Assembly: GCF_028641065.1 (NCBI RefSeq)
Contig: NC_073405.1
Coordinates: 3,782,001-3,846,000, forward strand
Length of the DNA: 64,000 bases
Origin: Leucoraja erinacea
Lineage: Eukaryota
Direction of reading: 5' to 3'
Position numbers and translations under genes: made by a program
The notes under the pieces: model-generated
Seen by the model: the letters and a program-made list of their open reading frames with translations, nothing else
Database searches by the model: none
Told to the model about the DNA's origin: nothing
Shown here: piece by piece, positions 34,286 to 47,185 of the stretch
Layout of the letters: each line of letters begins with the position of its first letter
Numbering within the stretch: position 1 is the first letter of the stretch

Positions 34286-36950
34286 GTGAGGTGACTGTCT
34301 GTTTGCCGCCGCCGCCGCCGGCCGTCGCTGCTGTTGCTGTCGCTGCTCGCCCACGGCGCGGGCGCGGGCACGGGCACGCACGCGGGAGCGGCGCCGCTGA
34401 CGCGCTTCACGGGGACGCGCCGCGCCGCGCGGGGTTAAACGTCGGCGGGAGAGGGAAGGAGGGGGAGGGGTGACGGGGGCCGGCGGGCGAGGAGAGGGGC
34501 GGTGAGTGAGTGAGGGCGGGAAACACATCCCCCCCACCCCACCCGGGCAGCACCGGGCTCGGTTAGCCCTGCCCGCCCCGGCCTGGCCTTGCCTTGCCGC
34601 CGTGTGGAGAGTCGCGGCTCCCGGAGGGCCCGGGCCTGGTCCCCGCCATTACCCGCTCTCCCGGTGGTCGGAGGGTTCAAGCCGCCCCCCCCCCCATAGG
34701 GTCGCGGCTTCCGGGAGGGTCTGGTCACGGCTAGAACCAGGCCCCTGTCCGCTCACCCAGAGGCCCGAGGTCCCCCCCCCTCCCCCCCGCCGTCTCCCCC
34801 CCCCGCCGTCTCCCCCCCCCCCCCCGCCCTCCCCTCCCCCCCCCCCCCCCGTCTCCCCCCCCCCCCCCCCCCCCCCCGTTGCACCTCACCCCCGGCGCCG
34901 CGCTCTCCGCGGCCGCCCGTCTCCCCCCCCCCCCCCCCGTCTCTCCCCCCCCCCCCCCGCCGTCTCCCCCCCCCCCCCCCCGCCGTCCTCCCCCCCCCCC
35001 CCCCCGTCTCCCCCCCCCCCCCCGTCCCCCCCCCCCCCCCCCGTCCCGCCCCCCCCCCCCCGCCGTCTCCCCCCCCCCGCCCCGTCTGCCCCCCCCGTCT
35101 CCCCCACCCGCTCTCCACTGTGTCTCCCCCACCCCACCCTGTCTCCCCCGTCTCCCCTTGAGATGACCCCCCGCTTGAGGTTCACGGGTCGTCATGAAGC
35201 TCGGCATTGTTTCATATTTTTTTTTTGCGCCGCTGACAATAATTCTTCTGCCTCTTCAATTCAGGACAAGGAGAAGAAGAAGAAGGAGAGCATTCTCGAC
35301 CTCTCCAAGTACATAGATAAGACAATCCGCGTGAAATTTCAAGGTGGACGAGAAGGTAACGTTGAACTTGTAGATATGTGACTATCACCTAAATATTAAC
35401 CAAGTAATTATCATTTCAATCGTAAGATCATAAGAGATAGGAGTAGAATGAGGACATGCAGCTATTCAATCATTCTCTTAACCCCATTTTCCTGCCTTCT
35501 CCCCATAACCCCAGACACCTGTCCTAAACAAGAGTCTATCTCCGCCTTAAATATATCCACTGACTTTGCCTCCACAGCCTTCTGTGGCAAAGTATTCCGC
35601 AGATTCACCACCCTCTGACTAAAGAAATTCCTCCATCTCCTTCCTGAAAGAACATCCTTTAATTCTGAGGCTATGGCCTTTAGTCCTAGACTCTCCCACA
35701 TCCACTCTATCCAAGCCATTCACTATTCTGTATGTTTCAAGGAAGTCCTACACCAGCACTCCCAAGTCCCTTTGCACATCGGATTTCTGAATTCTCTCCC
35801 CATTTAGAAAATACGCCTTTCTTCCTACTACCAAAATGCATGACTCCACACTTCGTTACTCTATATTCCATCTGACACTTCTTTGCCCACTTTCCCAACC
35901 TATCCCAAGTGTTTCTGCAGAGTCCCAGCTTCCTCAATCTGCACCACCTATTTTCATATCATCCGCAAGCTTAACCACAAAGCCTTCAATCACCTCATCC
36001 AAATCATTATTATACAACGTGAAGAGCAGCGGCCCCAGCACCGAGCCCTGTGGGACTCCGCTAGTCATTGGCAGCCAACCAGAAAAAGCCCCCTTTATTG
36101 CCACTCTTTGCCTTCTGCCATCCAGCCAACCTGATATCCATGCTAGTATCTGCCCTTTGATACCATGGATCCTCATCTTCCGTAGCAGCCTCCCATGTGG
36201 CACTTATCAAAGGCTTTCTGAAAATCTGGGTATACAACATCTACTGACTCTTCTTTGTCTGTCCTGACTAATTGGCCCATATACTTCCCACTATTCTGCT
36301 TTGCTCCCTTCTTGTACAGCTGGGTAATATTGGCAATTTTCCAATCATCTGGACCCACGCCTGACTCCAGTGATTCTTGAAATTAGATATTAGATAAGTT
36401 ACTATTATCTAAATATTACACAAGTAACTGTTATCTGAGATGGGGTCCGAGCCTGAAATGTCACCCATCCTTCTTCTCCAGAGATGCTGGCTGACCCGCT
36501 GAGTTACTCCAGCACTTTGTGTCTGTCTTTATTATTTAAAGTACTTGGACGTTGACAAAATACCGTGACATAGGGTGAAATTTGTACCCCCTTCCCCGGT
36601 GGTTGGGGGAGGAAGAACGTTGTCTAGCATGAGGTAGACAGGCAGAGTGGGGTCGAGTTGAGCTTAGAAATAGGCCATGGATAGAGTGAAGAGTTTGCAT
36701 CTTATTCCCGATGGTAGTAACATTGTTCAATTCAATTTGTATTGAAAACCGTTTCTGGTTGGGGTAATTGCACGATATATATATAACATTTGGCACTAAT
36801 TAATTATAGTCAAACCTGTCATTCCTTGCCTTTCATTGCATCCTGTCATCCTTTTTCCCCATTATGTGACTAACCATCAGGTCCTGTCTTAAATCACCCC
36901 TTTCAGCTATAAATTCCAGTTACTCTGAATTTGGATGTAATGACCTGTTT

Positions 36951-36988
<38 letters not shown>

Positions 36989-39900
36989 AATTGCCTGCTT
37001 GATTTCTTGACGCCTTTAATTTTCCACCAGAAGTACTCTATGCTTATTTTGTTAAAGGTTTCAAAATGTAAAACATACTTGGGTTAGTAAGTGATCTGCC
37101 TTTTATGAAAAGTAAAAGGGAACCATTCTGCCACAAAAATGCCAGAAGGTGACCATTTCCAACTGACGGGTTTAGAGGGATATAGGCCAAACACTGGTAG
37201 AACTGGGGCAGCATGGGCAATTGGGGCCGAAGGGCCCGTTTCCATGCTGTATGACTGACTTTTTCTCCCACCATTAATATCTTGTTGTTACCACTGACCA
37301 GAAACCCAACTGTACCAGCCACATAAATACTATGGTTTCAAGAGCCGATAAAGGGATGAATACCCTGTGGCGGGTTACTTGCAACTTGATAACCCAAGGC
37401 CTTTTCACCATCGACATGGCTAAACGTTAGGAGTGTAAAGGGCCTGTCCCACTTGGGCGTCATTTATGCAACATCATTTACGGGTCACGACGCGTGCATT
37501 ACGCGTGGTGACATATGCAGTCGTGCGCGGAGCCCCAGGATTTTGGGATGCACAAAATCTTCACTGCGCCACCTGCGTGACGCGCAAAGGACTCCCAAGT
37601 GGGACAGACCCTTAATGTCATGCCGTCTGTATGAATGCCGTGGCAACAATTCTCAAAAAACCCAACGCTATCTAGCACAAAGCAGCTCACTCGATTTCTA
37701 ATCTCTTTCTTCCCTCCCCCCAAATCAACCATCCTAAAATTCAGTTCCCTCCATTACTGGCTCACAGTGTCTATACCAATGACAGAATGCACTGTAGTTC
37801 CTCAATCAGGCTATTCTGATAACATGGCCCAAACCTGCGACCTCTCTTGCTGGGAAGAACAGGGGCAGGAGGCGGATGGGTGCGCCTCAACCTCTTGCAT
37901 TGGTTTAGTTTATTCATTGTCACGGGAATGAAGATACAGTGAAATGCTTCTTCTGCAAGCTATTCAGTATAATCATACTGTACTAGATCCTCATCTGGAA
38001 TAGCGCACTGAGTCGCCACATCCCAGCAACGTCCAAGTCTCTGAAAAGTCTGATTTAGGCCCAAGGAGGAATGTCATTTCTTATATTCTCGCAGTAAAGC
38101 CTGGTGGTCTGGCAGCAGATGATCGATAAACTAGGGAGGGGTCGGTCTAGTCCAGTTCAATGCCGCCTCATCCTTCCAGCTGCCACAAACTGTACTCGAT
38201 TTACTCGCTCACCCGGCTGCTGTAGGGCCTCCTGTGGCCGCCTCTGTCAACACGATGATCTGTGATCACCACAAATGCACCGTGCATCACCTCCAGCAGA
38301 TGCCCCTCAACCTTGTCAGCTGAGGTTGCCATGTCCTGCTACCTGAGTTAAGCACTGGACTTTAGGGGTCTTCCCAAGGGCGTGGGAGGAAGGAGAGTTC
38401 ACAAGCTGTTCACAGCTGGCAACTTTCCCCCACACCTGATGTACGCCATCTTGATATGAACATATGTTGTATCATGAGAGGAATAGGTCGGGTAAATGCA
38501 CAGAGTCTCTTGCCGAGAGCAGGTGAATCGAGGACCAGGGGACATAGGTTTAACGCGAAGGAAAAGATTTAATAGGAATTTGAGGGGCACGTTTTTCACA
38601 CAAATGTCATGGGTGTATGGAACAAGCAACCGGAGGAGGAAGTTGAGGCTAGGACTATCCCAACATTTAAATAGTTCAACAGATACATGGGGGGGGGGAG
38701 TCTGATCATAGAAAAATGATTTGATCGCCATAATTATTTTTCGCTTCCACAGCCAGTGGGATTTTGAAAGGCTTTGACCCACTCCTCAATCTTGTGTTGG
38801 ATGGAACTATAGAGTATGTGAGAGGTAAGATAAAAATGAATGTTTTTTGTAATAAAATGAGCTGCATAGAACCCATGGCATAACATCACTTGAGGGTTCA
38901 GTATATTCAGCCGCTGCTTCCTTGTGAATATATAACTTTAGGTAGACCCCAAAGAAGAATCCCGAGGCTCTCTTAACTTAGTTTAGACAATAGGTGCAGC
39001 AGTAGGCCATTCGGCCCTTCGAGCCAGCACTGCCATTCAATGTGATCATGGCTGATCATCCCCATTCAGTATCCCATTCCTGCCTTCTCCCCATATCCCC
39101 TGACTCTGCTATCTTTAAGAGCCCTATCTAGCTCGCTCTTGAAAGTATCCAGAGAACTGGCCTCCACCGCCCTCTGAGGCAGAGAACTCCACAGACTCAC
39201 AACTCTGTGGAAAAAGTGTTTCCTCATCTCTGTTCTAAATAGCTTATCCCTTAAACTGGTTCTGGAGTCCCCCAACATTGGGAACATGTTTCCTGCCTCT
39301 AGAGTGTCCAAACCCTTAATAATCTTGTATGTTTCAATAAGAATCCCTCTCATCCTTCTAAATTCCAGAGTGTACAAGCCCAGCCACTCCATTACCTCGG
39401 TGATATATGACTGTCCCGCCATCCCAGGAATTAACCTTGTAAACCTACGCTGCACTCCCTCAATAACAAGAATGTCCGATTTGCTCTCGGCTACCTTGCT
39501 TAATTGTACTGAAAGGTTATGTGATAACATGGACGGCACAATGGCGCAGCGGTAGAGTCACTGCCATACAGCACCAGAGTATGTTGCTGAATCAGTGTGC
39601 AGAGAATCCGGTTGGAGTTTTCACTGTCAATGAGGCGTGAGTATTTGGGAGCCCCAAGGATGTCTTGGTGCTGGAATCTAACGCTAATCCATTTGGTATT
39701 TCTCTTAGTAGAAAAAAGGCATATTGACACTAATTACTTTGTTCTAATATGCTGGGAGTGAGATAACATTGATGCTTAAGATGGCAGTATAGCAGATTTG
39801 GACAAACTAGTATAACTGTGCTGCTTCAACTAAACATTATAAATATTTTTATCTTTTTAAGTTGAGGGGTTTGCATTTCATCTTTAAATTTGCCCAGTGT

Positions 39901-40116
39901 GTTCTGTGCCATGTGTTGTGTTGTAGAGCTGGATGTTTGGAGCTAAAGTATAAATTGTGCTAATGACTTTCAGATCCAGATGACCAATACAAATTGACTG
40001 AAGACACGCGCCAACTTGGCTTGGTTGTGTGCAGGGGGACTTCAGTAGTTCTAATCTGCCCGCAAGATGGCATGGAGGCCATTCCAAACCCCTTCATTCA
40101 GCAGCAGGATGGTTAG
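34277..40116 (+). CDS. LSM7: U6 snRNA-associated Sm-like protein LSm7; join(34277..34285,35265..35355,38753..38824,39974..40116), 104 aa
   Basis: Spliced translation MDADKEKKKKESILDLSKYIDKTIRVKFQGGREASGILKGFDPLLNLVLDGTIEYVRDPDDQYKLTEDTRQLGLVVCRGTSVVLICPQDGMEAIPNPFIQQQDG* is nearly identical to recalled vertebrate LSM7. Exon 1 is inferred. Confidence 0.95.
34770..35160 (+). repeat. Poly-C / (C)nGTCT low-complexity tract in LSM7 intron 1
   Basis: Runs of C separated by GTCT/GCCG; G4-prone on - strand; homopolymer lengths may be assembly noise. Confidence 0.88.
35265..35355 (+). CDS. LSM7: LSM7 exon 2 DKEKKKKESILDLSKYIDKTIRVKFQGGRE
   Basis: Branch-like gctgac near 35232, ttcag/ acceptor, G/gtaac donor, 91 nt. 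Confidence 0.96.
35425..36380 (-). mobile_element. Degenerate CR1 LINE in LSM7 intron 2
   Basis: DFQKAFDK, PHGRLL, GVPQGSVLGP, ADDMKIGG. Confidence 0.85.
37439..37612. mobile_element. PIF/Harbinger-like MITE
   Basis: TAA|AGGGCCTGTCCCACTTGGG ... CCCAAGTGGGACAGACCCT|TAA; 3-bp TAA TSD. Confidence 0.78.
38753..38824 (+). CDS. LSM7: LSM7 exon 3 SGILKGFDPLLNLVLDGTIEYVR (Sm1 motif)
   Basis: acag/ ... /gtaaga, 72 nt. Confidence 0.96.
38985..39478 (-). mobile_element. CR1 LINE 3' end in LSM7 intron 3
   Basis: VQRRFTRLIPG...GYGEKAGMGY. Confidence 0.85.
39974..40116 (+). CDS. LSM7: LSM7 exon 4 coding part (Sm2 motif LGLVVCRG), stop TAG
   Basis: ttcag/ acceptor, frame continues to TAG at 40114-40116. 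Confidence 0.96.
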
Positions 40117-40860
40117 CCTGGAAACGGCTCGTCACCAGATCTCAGGATTTCAATTTAGTTGGTTTTATCCATTAGCCAAAGCTGATGTGTCAGATGGGAC
40201 TTCTATTATCACCAGCGCGGGGAGGTTTCTAACTGTGTGTGCTAAACCGGCTAAGTGGTGTGGGTGGCAAGCAAGAGATGTGGACAGATCAATCACAAAC
40301 TCATTGCCAAGTTATGCATAATGGCATTGGTTCTATTACCTGTAAGCTGAGAAGTGGTGCTTTTTTTTATAGGGCAGTGGTCACAGCATCCAGAAATGAA
40401 GCACGGCCAGTGCAAATGGAGAAGTTTAATAAGCAAAAAAAACCGCAATCGTTTCTTGCTATTAACTGAAATAATAGCCAGAAACTCTTGGCTACTTAGC
40501 AAATTGGGCAGCTTTGGTAGAGGAAGCAATGTTTCAGATCGGAGACCTTTTTCCAAGGACATTGATCTGAATTGTGAACGCTTTCTCTGTCCTCTGATGC
40601 TGCTTGACCTTTAGAGCATGTCCAGCATTTTCCATGCTTATTTTCAGAATGCTGAGCCCCCTCTGGCACTGCAGTCATGTCAACTGCAGCTGGATAGACC
40701 CAGCAATAATCACCAGTGAAAGACACTTTTGTTAACAAAACCAGCTGATTTAGAAACCTGCAGTTTTATACTTTTCATTGACATTGTTTATGTAAAATGA
40801 ACCAACATTTCTGGAGACGTCTTTTATTTTCTCAAAATACTTTTACTCAATTCCTTTTAT

Positions 40861-41250
40861 AATAAAAAAGAAAGAGAAAACTCTAAATAGTTGTTCCAGA
40901 TGTTTGTGAATAACATTTCAGTAACTTGTGTTGGAGTCTTGCATAGAAACTTTATTTAATGCAAGTCTTTTTTGAGATTTGATTTGTTCCCGTTTACATT
41001 TTCAAGCTGGGCCAGGATGGATTGCTAAAAATTGTCCAATGTGTACAATAAACTCTTGTTTTTCCAATATTCGTTGTTGATTCTGTGTTATTTTGCTGCA
41101 TTGAAAATAATTTGTGCTGCTCCAGTTTAAAAAAAAAACCCCATCTCAGATCAGAAGACGAGATGATGTTTTCCCTTTTGAACTCGTGTTTGGAGGTTGT
41201 CACGAGTGGTTATGATCTGTAAAAGTGTCTGAAAATGCGACGTAAATAAA
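40861..41250 (+). terminator. Candidate LSM7 polyadenylation signals: AATAAA at 40861, 41047 and 41245
   Basis: Three canonical hexamers in a repeat-free AT-rich 3'UTR; which one is used is unknown. Confidence 0.5.
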
Positions 41251-41336
41251 AACAGATCGATGACTTAACATTTGATCCAGTGCAGAAACATGCCCTTGGG
41301 ACCACGCCGACCTGTGATCCCCGCATATTAACACAA

Positions 41337-41369
<33 letters not shown>

Positions 41370-44034
41370 ATTTTTACATTTACCAAGGCAATTTTACCTA
41401 CAAACCAGTATGTCTGGAGTGTGGGAGGAAACCAAGATCTCTGAGAAAACCCACGCAGTCATTGGGAGAATGTACAAACTCTGTACAGACAGCACCCGTA
41501 GTCAGGGTCGAACCCGGGTCTCTGGCGCTGGAATGGGACTGTCCCAGTTAGGCGTTTTTGCAGGCGACTGTCGGACAGACACAGACACCACTTCCTTCAC
41601 CAGCCCGTTATGCCGGCGGGGGACAAGGCAAGCGGGGGGAGCGCTGTCTGAGTAAAATTCACAAATTCACATGGTGCAAAGCCAATGTGATACAGACACA
41701 CACCGCGATGAACAGGTGCTGTAATTAAGACTGTGAACGCAGTGTACGAGAAGGGTCACGTAAATCCTGTAATAGGGGGGAGAAGGAGTGGAGATAACTT
41801 TTAAGAAGCCAGAGATACACGGCTGTAAAGCTCAGCAGACATTAACATCGGTTATCCTTGGTTCTGAAAACCACTGCTTACGTGTTTTGTTTTGCCCAAT
41901 GGGTTAAAAAATGAAATTCACCAGTTTTTGACTGAGATAAAATTGAATCTTTTGCTCAGACAGTGGAAACATTCAAAGCGTTGGGAGGAAAGGAATTGCA
42001 GATGCTGGAAATCTCAAATAAAAATGGCATGAATTCTCAAAACAGCCAGCAGGTCAGGCTGCATCCTGGGGGAGAGGGACTGAATTAAGGTTTCGGGTCA
42101 TTGAGTGAATGGGAGTGCTTAGAGGGCGGGCATATAGAGCAAATACAGTGTCCTGGGTCTCCTCCATTGTCAGAGTGAGGCTAAACGCAAATTGGAGGAA
42201 CAGCATCTCATATTTCGCTTGTAAAAATATCCACTGACAACCTCCACAGCCGTCTGTGGCAAAGAATTCCATGGATTCACTACCCTCTGACTAAAGAAAT
42301 TCCTCCTCATCTCCTTCCTAAAAGAACGTCTATTAATTCTGAGGCTGTGACCTTTAGTCCTAGACTCTCCCACTAGTGGAAACATCCTCTCCACAACCAA
42401 AAATTACATTTTTACATATTACAGCCCAGTGGTATGAATACTAATTTTGCTAGTAACCCCGACATTCCCTCTCTCTTCAACGCTCCCCCACCCAAGTCGC
42501 ATCAGCTCCTTGTTTTCACCCAACAAACAGCTAACAATGGTCTATTTCCTTTATCATCGTTACTTTTTTGCATATCTTTCATTCATTGTTCTGTAGCTCT
42601 ACATCATCATCTATATCTCTCGTTTCCCTTTCCCCAGACTAGTCTGAAGAAAGTTCGCAACCCAAAACGTCGCCCATTCTCACCAGAGATGCTGCCTGTC
42701 CCGCTGAGTTACTCCAGCTTTTTGTGCCTATCTTTGGAAATAAGCCCTTTGGCCTTTGGCCGAACTTACCCATGCCAACCAAGATGCCCCAGCTACGCTA
42801 GTCCCACCTGCCCACATTTGGCCCATATCTCTAAACCTATCTAAGGTAGACACACAATTCTAGAGTAACTCAGCTGAATTCCACAGATTCACATCTCTCT
42901 GGATGAAAGCACCTCTGGAGAGAATGGAATGGGTGACGTTTTGGGTCGAGACCTTTTTTCTCTCTAAACCCATCTCATCCTTGTGCCTGCGCAAATATCT
43001 TTAAATCCTATGATAGTACCTGCCTCATCTACCTCATCTGGCAGCTCGTTCCAAATGCCAACCTCCATCTGTTCGTCCCTATGGTTCCTATTTAATCTTT
43101 TCCCCCCTCACCTTAAACCTATATCCTCTAGTTCATGATTGCTGTACTCTGGGTAAAAGATTCACCCTATATATTCCCCTCATGATTTTATACATTTCGA
43201 AAAATTGCACAATGCAGAGCCAGAAGGCAAAACCACCAGGTTAGGCTGGGCATATCCTCCACTCCCAGAGAGAAATTTAAAGGAAGCTGAACTAATACAG
43301 ATGGATACATAGATACATAGGTACAGGAGTAGGCCATTCAGCTCTTCCGCCATTCACTGTGATCAATGCTGACCATCCCCAATCAGTACCCCATTCCTGC
43401 CTTCTCCCCATATCCCGATTCCACTAGCCCTAAGAGCTCCATCTAGCTCTCTTTTGAATGCATCCAGTGAATTGGCCTCCACTGCCTTCTGAGGCAGAGA
43501 ATTCCACAGATTCACATCTCTCGTTTTTCCTCATCTCAGTTAGGCCTACCCCTTATTCTTAAACTGTGGCTCCTGGTTCTGGACTCCCCCAACATCGGTA
43601 ACATTTTTCCTGCATCTAGCGTGTCCTATCCCTTAATAATTTTATGTTTCTATAAGATGCCCTCTCATCCTTCTAAATTCAAGCCCATTCATTCCATTTT
43701 TTCATTATATGACAATCCCGCCATCCTGGGAACTAACCTGGTGAACCTACGCTGATGAAATGACTGATGCACACTGAGAGACTAAGCTACCTTTAGTTAT
43801 AGAATTCAATATGAAATCCAGAAAGCTGCAATGTGCTGGGCCGAAGATGAGGTGTTGTTCCTCAAGCTTGTGTTTGGTCTCATTGTGACAGGGCAGGGGA
43901 TACCAGACCAATAGGTTGGAGTAGGAATAGGATGTGGTCTTAAAGTGGTGGGAAACGGGAAGCTTGGTAGCCTCTGCAGAATGAATGCAGGTGCTCTACA
44001 AAGCGATCAACCAATCGATTTTAGATCTAGCATT

Positions 44035-44680
44035 TAATCTAATCTATTTTCGCATTTATTTTCAAGTGGGCATGTATACAAAAAAAAACAGGAATGTAAT
44101 GCTGAGGCTCTATAAGGCGCTGGTCAGGCCGCATTTGGAATATTGTAAGCAATTTTGGGCACCATATCTGAGGAAGGATGTGCTGGCTCTGGAGAGGGTC
44201 CAGAGGAGGTTTACGAGAATGATCCCAGGAATGAGTAGGTTAACCTATGATGAGCGTTTGTCGGCACTGGGCCTGTACTCGCTGGAGTTTAGAAGAATGA
44301 GGAAGGACCTAATTGAAACGTACAGAATAGTGAATGGCTTCGATAGAGTGGATGTGGAGAGGATGTTTCCACTAGTGGGAAAGTCTAGGACTAAAGGTCA
44401 CAGCCTCAGAATTAATAGATGTTCTTTTAGGAAGGAGATGAGGAGGAATTTCTTTAGTCAGAGGGTGATGAATCCGTTGAATTCTTTTCCACAGAATGCT
44501 GTGGAGGCTGTCAGTGGATATTTTTAAGGCAGAGATAGATAGATTCTTGATTAGTACGGGTGTTAGAGGTTTTGGAGAGAAGGCTGGAGTTTGGAGGGGG
44601 TGATAGATCAGTCATGATTGAATGGCTGGGCAGACTTGATGGGCCTAATGACCTAATTCTACTCATCACTTATGACTTTG
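44035..44680 (+). mobile_element. CR1 LINE 3' end
   Basis: LYKALVRPHLEYCKQFWAP...FFSQRVMN. Confidence 0.87.
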
Positions 44681-45689
44681 TGATTCTCCAATACAGAGAC
44701 CACATTCTTCATCCAACTTCCAATCTGATCTATTGTCCTTGTCATCCTGTTGAGAATTTCTGGCATTTTCAGTGTTTGTGTTAAACATTCAGAATGTTTG
44801 TTACCAAAATCTTTCAAGGTCTTTTACTGCAACAAAGACATTTTGACTCAACAAAATCGCTTCCGTGTGATCATGGTTATCACTGGAGCTACTGTATGAG
44901 TTTAGTTTATTTTAGTTCAGAGATACAGTGCGGAAACAGGCCCTTCGGCCCACCGAACAGTGATCCCTGCACATTAACACCACCCTACACAGGAGGGACA
45001 ATTTACACTTATACCCAAGCCAATTAGCCTACAAACTTGAACGTCTTTCGATGAATGAAGCTGGGAAAACCTACCAGTGCAGAAATATTCCGGAGGAAAT
45101 AATCCCCCAGCAAGGAATGAGCCTGGGGCACTGGATTACAGTAAGGGGTGTATCTGTGGAACTGCACCTGGAGAAATGTGCCCGATGGAAGTGTCAGACC
45201 GTGGGTAGAATACTCCAATCAGGGTCGGCACCTTGGGGATTTGTGCGGTTAGTCCGAGCATCGTACTCTTGTCAGTCCAGTCAACCTCGCCATCCAGAGA
45301 TTTATTCCACAGAACCAGCTCTGGGAAGTTTATTTTGTCAAAGAGTCCCCAAGAGTATCGAGGACCAGAGGACGTAGGTTCAAGGTGAAGGGGAAAAGAT
45401 TTAATAGGCATCTGAGGGGTAACGTTTTCAGGGTGGTGGCTGTATGGAATAAGCTGCCAGAGGAGGTAGTTGAGGCTGGGACTATCCCAACGTTAAAGAA
45501 AAAGTTAGACAGGTGCATGGATAGGACAGGTTTGGAGGGATATGGACCAAGCCCACGAAGGTGGGTCTAGTGTAGTTGGGACATGTTGGCTGGTGTGGGC
45601 AAGTTGGGCTGAAGGGCCTGTTTCCACGCTGTATCACTCTCTGACTCTACGAGTCAGCACTTTCATATGTGGAGTTAAGGAATCCTCAA

Positions 45690-46261
45690 CGAGGGAATTC
45701 ATTATTTTATTAGAAAGCAATATTTACATAAAACAGGCAACAATGTAAACACATGGCTCCCCATTATCAAGTCACTGGATCTCCAATGACCCAATCAATT
45801 TGTAATTCTATACAGGTATCCACATCTAAAATGCTGCAAAACGATTTGACATGAATTCCGTACGATAAACCCACAGAACACTGTACTTAAATATCATTCC
45901 ATATATAATTGTGCTGTCATTTGCTAAGCTTTATTTCTCAACTAAGTATTTGTACCCATGGCTCCAATAATTATTACAAGTCAACTCAAAAAGACTGGTC
46001 AACGGATCTTTTAGCAAACTCCTAATTTGACTGAATCAGCCAATATTGGAGAATGTATCATCTACTTCAGAAAACGCAAGTGCAGCTTTAAGCTTACTCA
46101 TGTGCTTCAAGTATATTATGAGCAACATGTTTAAAAGTGGCTTTAAAAGCCACTTTTAACACAATGTTTTTGTTTCTTCAGTAACCAACTCAAAACGTCT
46201 TGACAGAGGAGACACGGGGAATCAAGGAGTCGCAGGCGCAGGTTTTAAAGAAGACAGGAAC
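45690..46261 (-). other. Putative non-coding terminal (3'UTR) exon of the CDC42SE-like gene
   Basis: Polypyrimidine acceptor ctccttttcag/ at 46262; repeat-free AT-rich segment; AATAAA on - strand at 45711-45706. Confidence 0.6.
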
Positions 46262-46649
46262 CTGAAAAGGAGATGAGATGTACTTTAAGATGCAAGTCAA
46301 ATACAGACAGCTCATGTACCAGTCAGACACAGAAACCCAACATAAATTATCTGCATAGGCACAAAATGCTGGAGGAACTCAGCGGGTGAGGCAGCATCTA
46401 TGGAAAAAAGTTTTGGGTCTTTCCATAGATTCCTTCTCTCCATAGATGCTGCCTCACCCGCTGAGTTTCTCCAGCATTTTGTGTCTACCTTCGATTTTAC
46501 CAGCATTTGCAGTTCTTTCTTAAACATAAATTACCTGCATAATTGTAGTCCACTGATATCTACATTATTTCATTCAAATTCTTATTGAAGCATTCTCTGC
46601 TCACCAAACAGGCCATGGCAGAGTCTGTCAAAAACAAACTTCCTTCAGT

Positions 46650-47185
46650 CACAAGTCCCAAATCTGAGGAAGGACACTATTGCCTAGGAGTGCAGAGAAC
46701 TCTTCACCAGGATTCCTGGGATGTCAGGGTCTTATGAAGAAAGACTGGATGGACTTGGTTTAACCTCTCTAGAATTTAGGAGATTGAGAGGGGATCTTTA
46801 GAAACTTACAAAAAAGGGGCAGGACAGGCTAGATGCAGGAAGATTGTTCCCGATGTTGGGGACCATTCTTGCCAAGGGGTCTCAGCTTAAGGATAAGGGG
46901 GAAATCCTTTAAAATCGAGATGAGAAGAACTTTTTTTCACACAGAGAGTGGTGAATCTCTGGAACTCTCTGCCACAGAGGGTAGTCGAGGCCACAGTTCA
47001 TTGGCTATATTTAAGAGGGAGTTAGATGTGGCCCTTGTGGCTAAGGGGATCAGGGGGTATGGAGAGAAGGCAGGTACTGGATACTGAGTTGGATGATCAG
47101 CCATGATCATATTGAATGGCGGTGCAGGCTCGAAGGGCCGAATGGCCTCTACTCCTGCACCTAATTTCTATGTTTCTATGTTTCT
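46650..47185 (+). mobile_element. CR1 LINE 3' end
   Basis: ...FKRELDVALVAKGIRGYGEKAGTGY plus (TTTCTATG)n tail. Confidence 0.82.

Larger units (their letters stand above)
34040..35230. promoter_or_regulatory. CpG island / bidirectional promoter shared by SPPL2B and LSM7
   Basis: Very high GC and CpG density, GC boxes, divergent start codons at 34230(-) and 34277(+). Confidence 0.85.

Noticed and set aside
33691-35381. Long Pro/Gly-rich ORFs (239 aa -, 291 aa + and others)
   Set aside because: Products of GC-rich low-complexity repeats; only the short SPPL2B exon 1 and LSM7 exon 2 segments inside them are real coding sequence.
36952-36987. Long poly-C runs (also 58971-59035)
   Set aside because: Simple homopolymers whose lengths are unreliable; no further structure.
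46131-46159. Resemblance to the histone stem-loop (GGCTTT...AAAGCCAC)
   Set aside because: Does not fit the 6-bp stem / 4-nt loop consensus, and there is no histone gene or U7 site.
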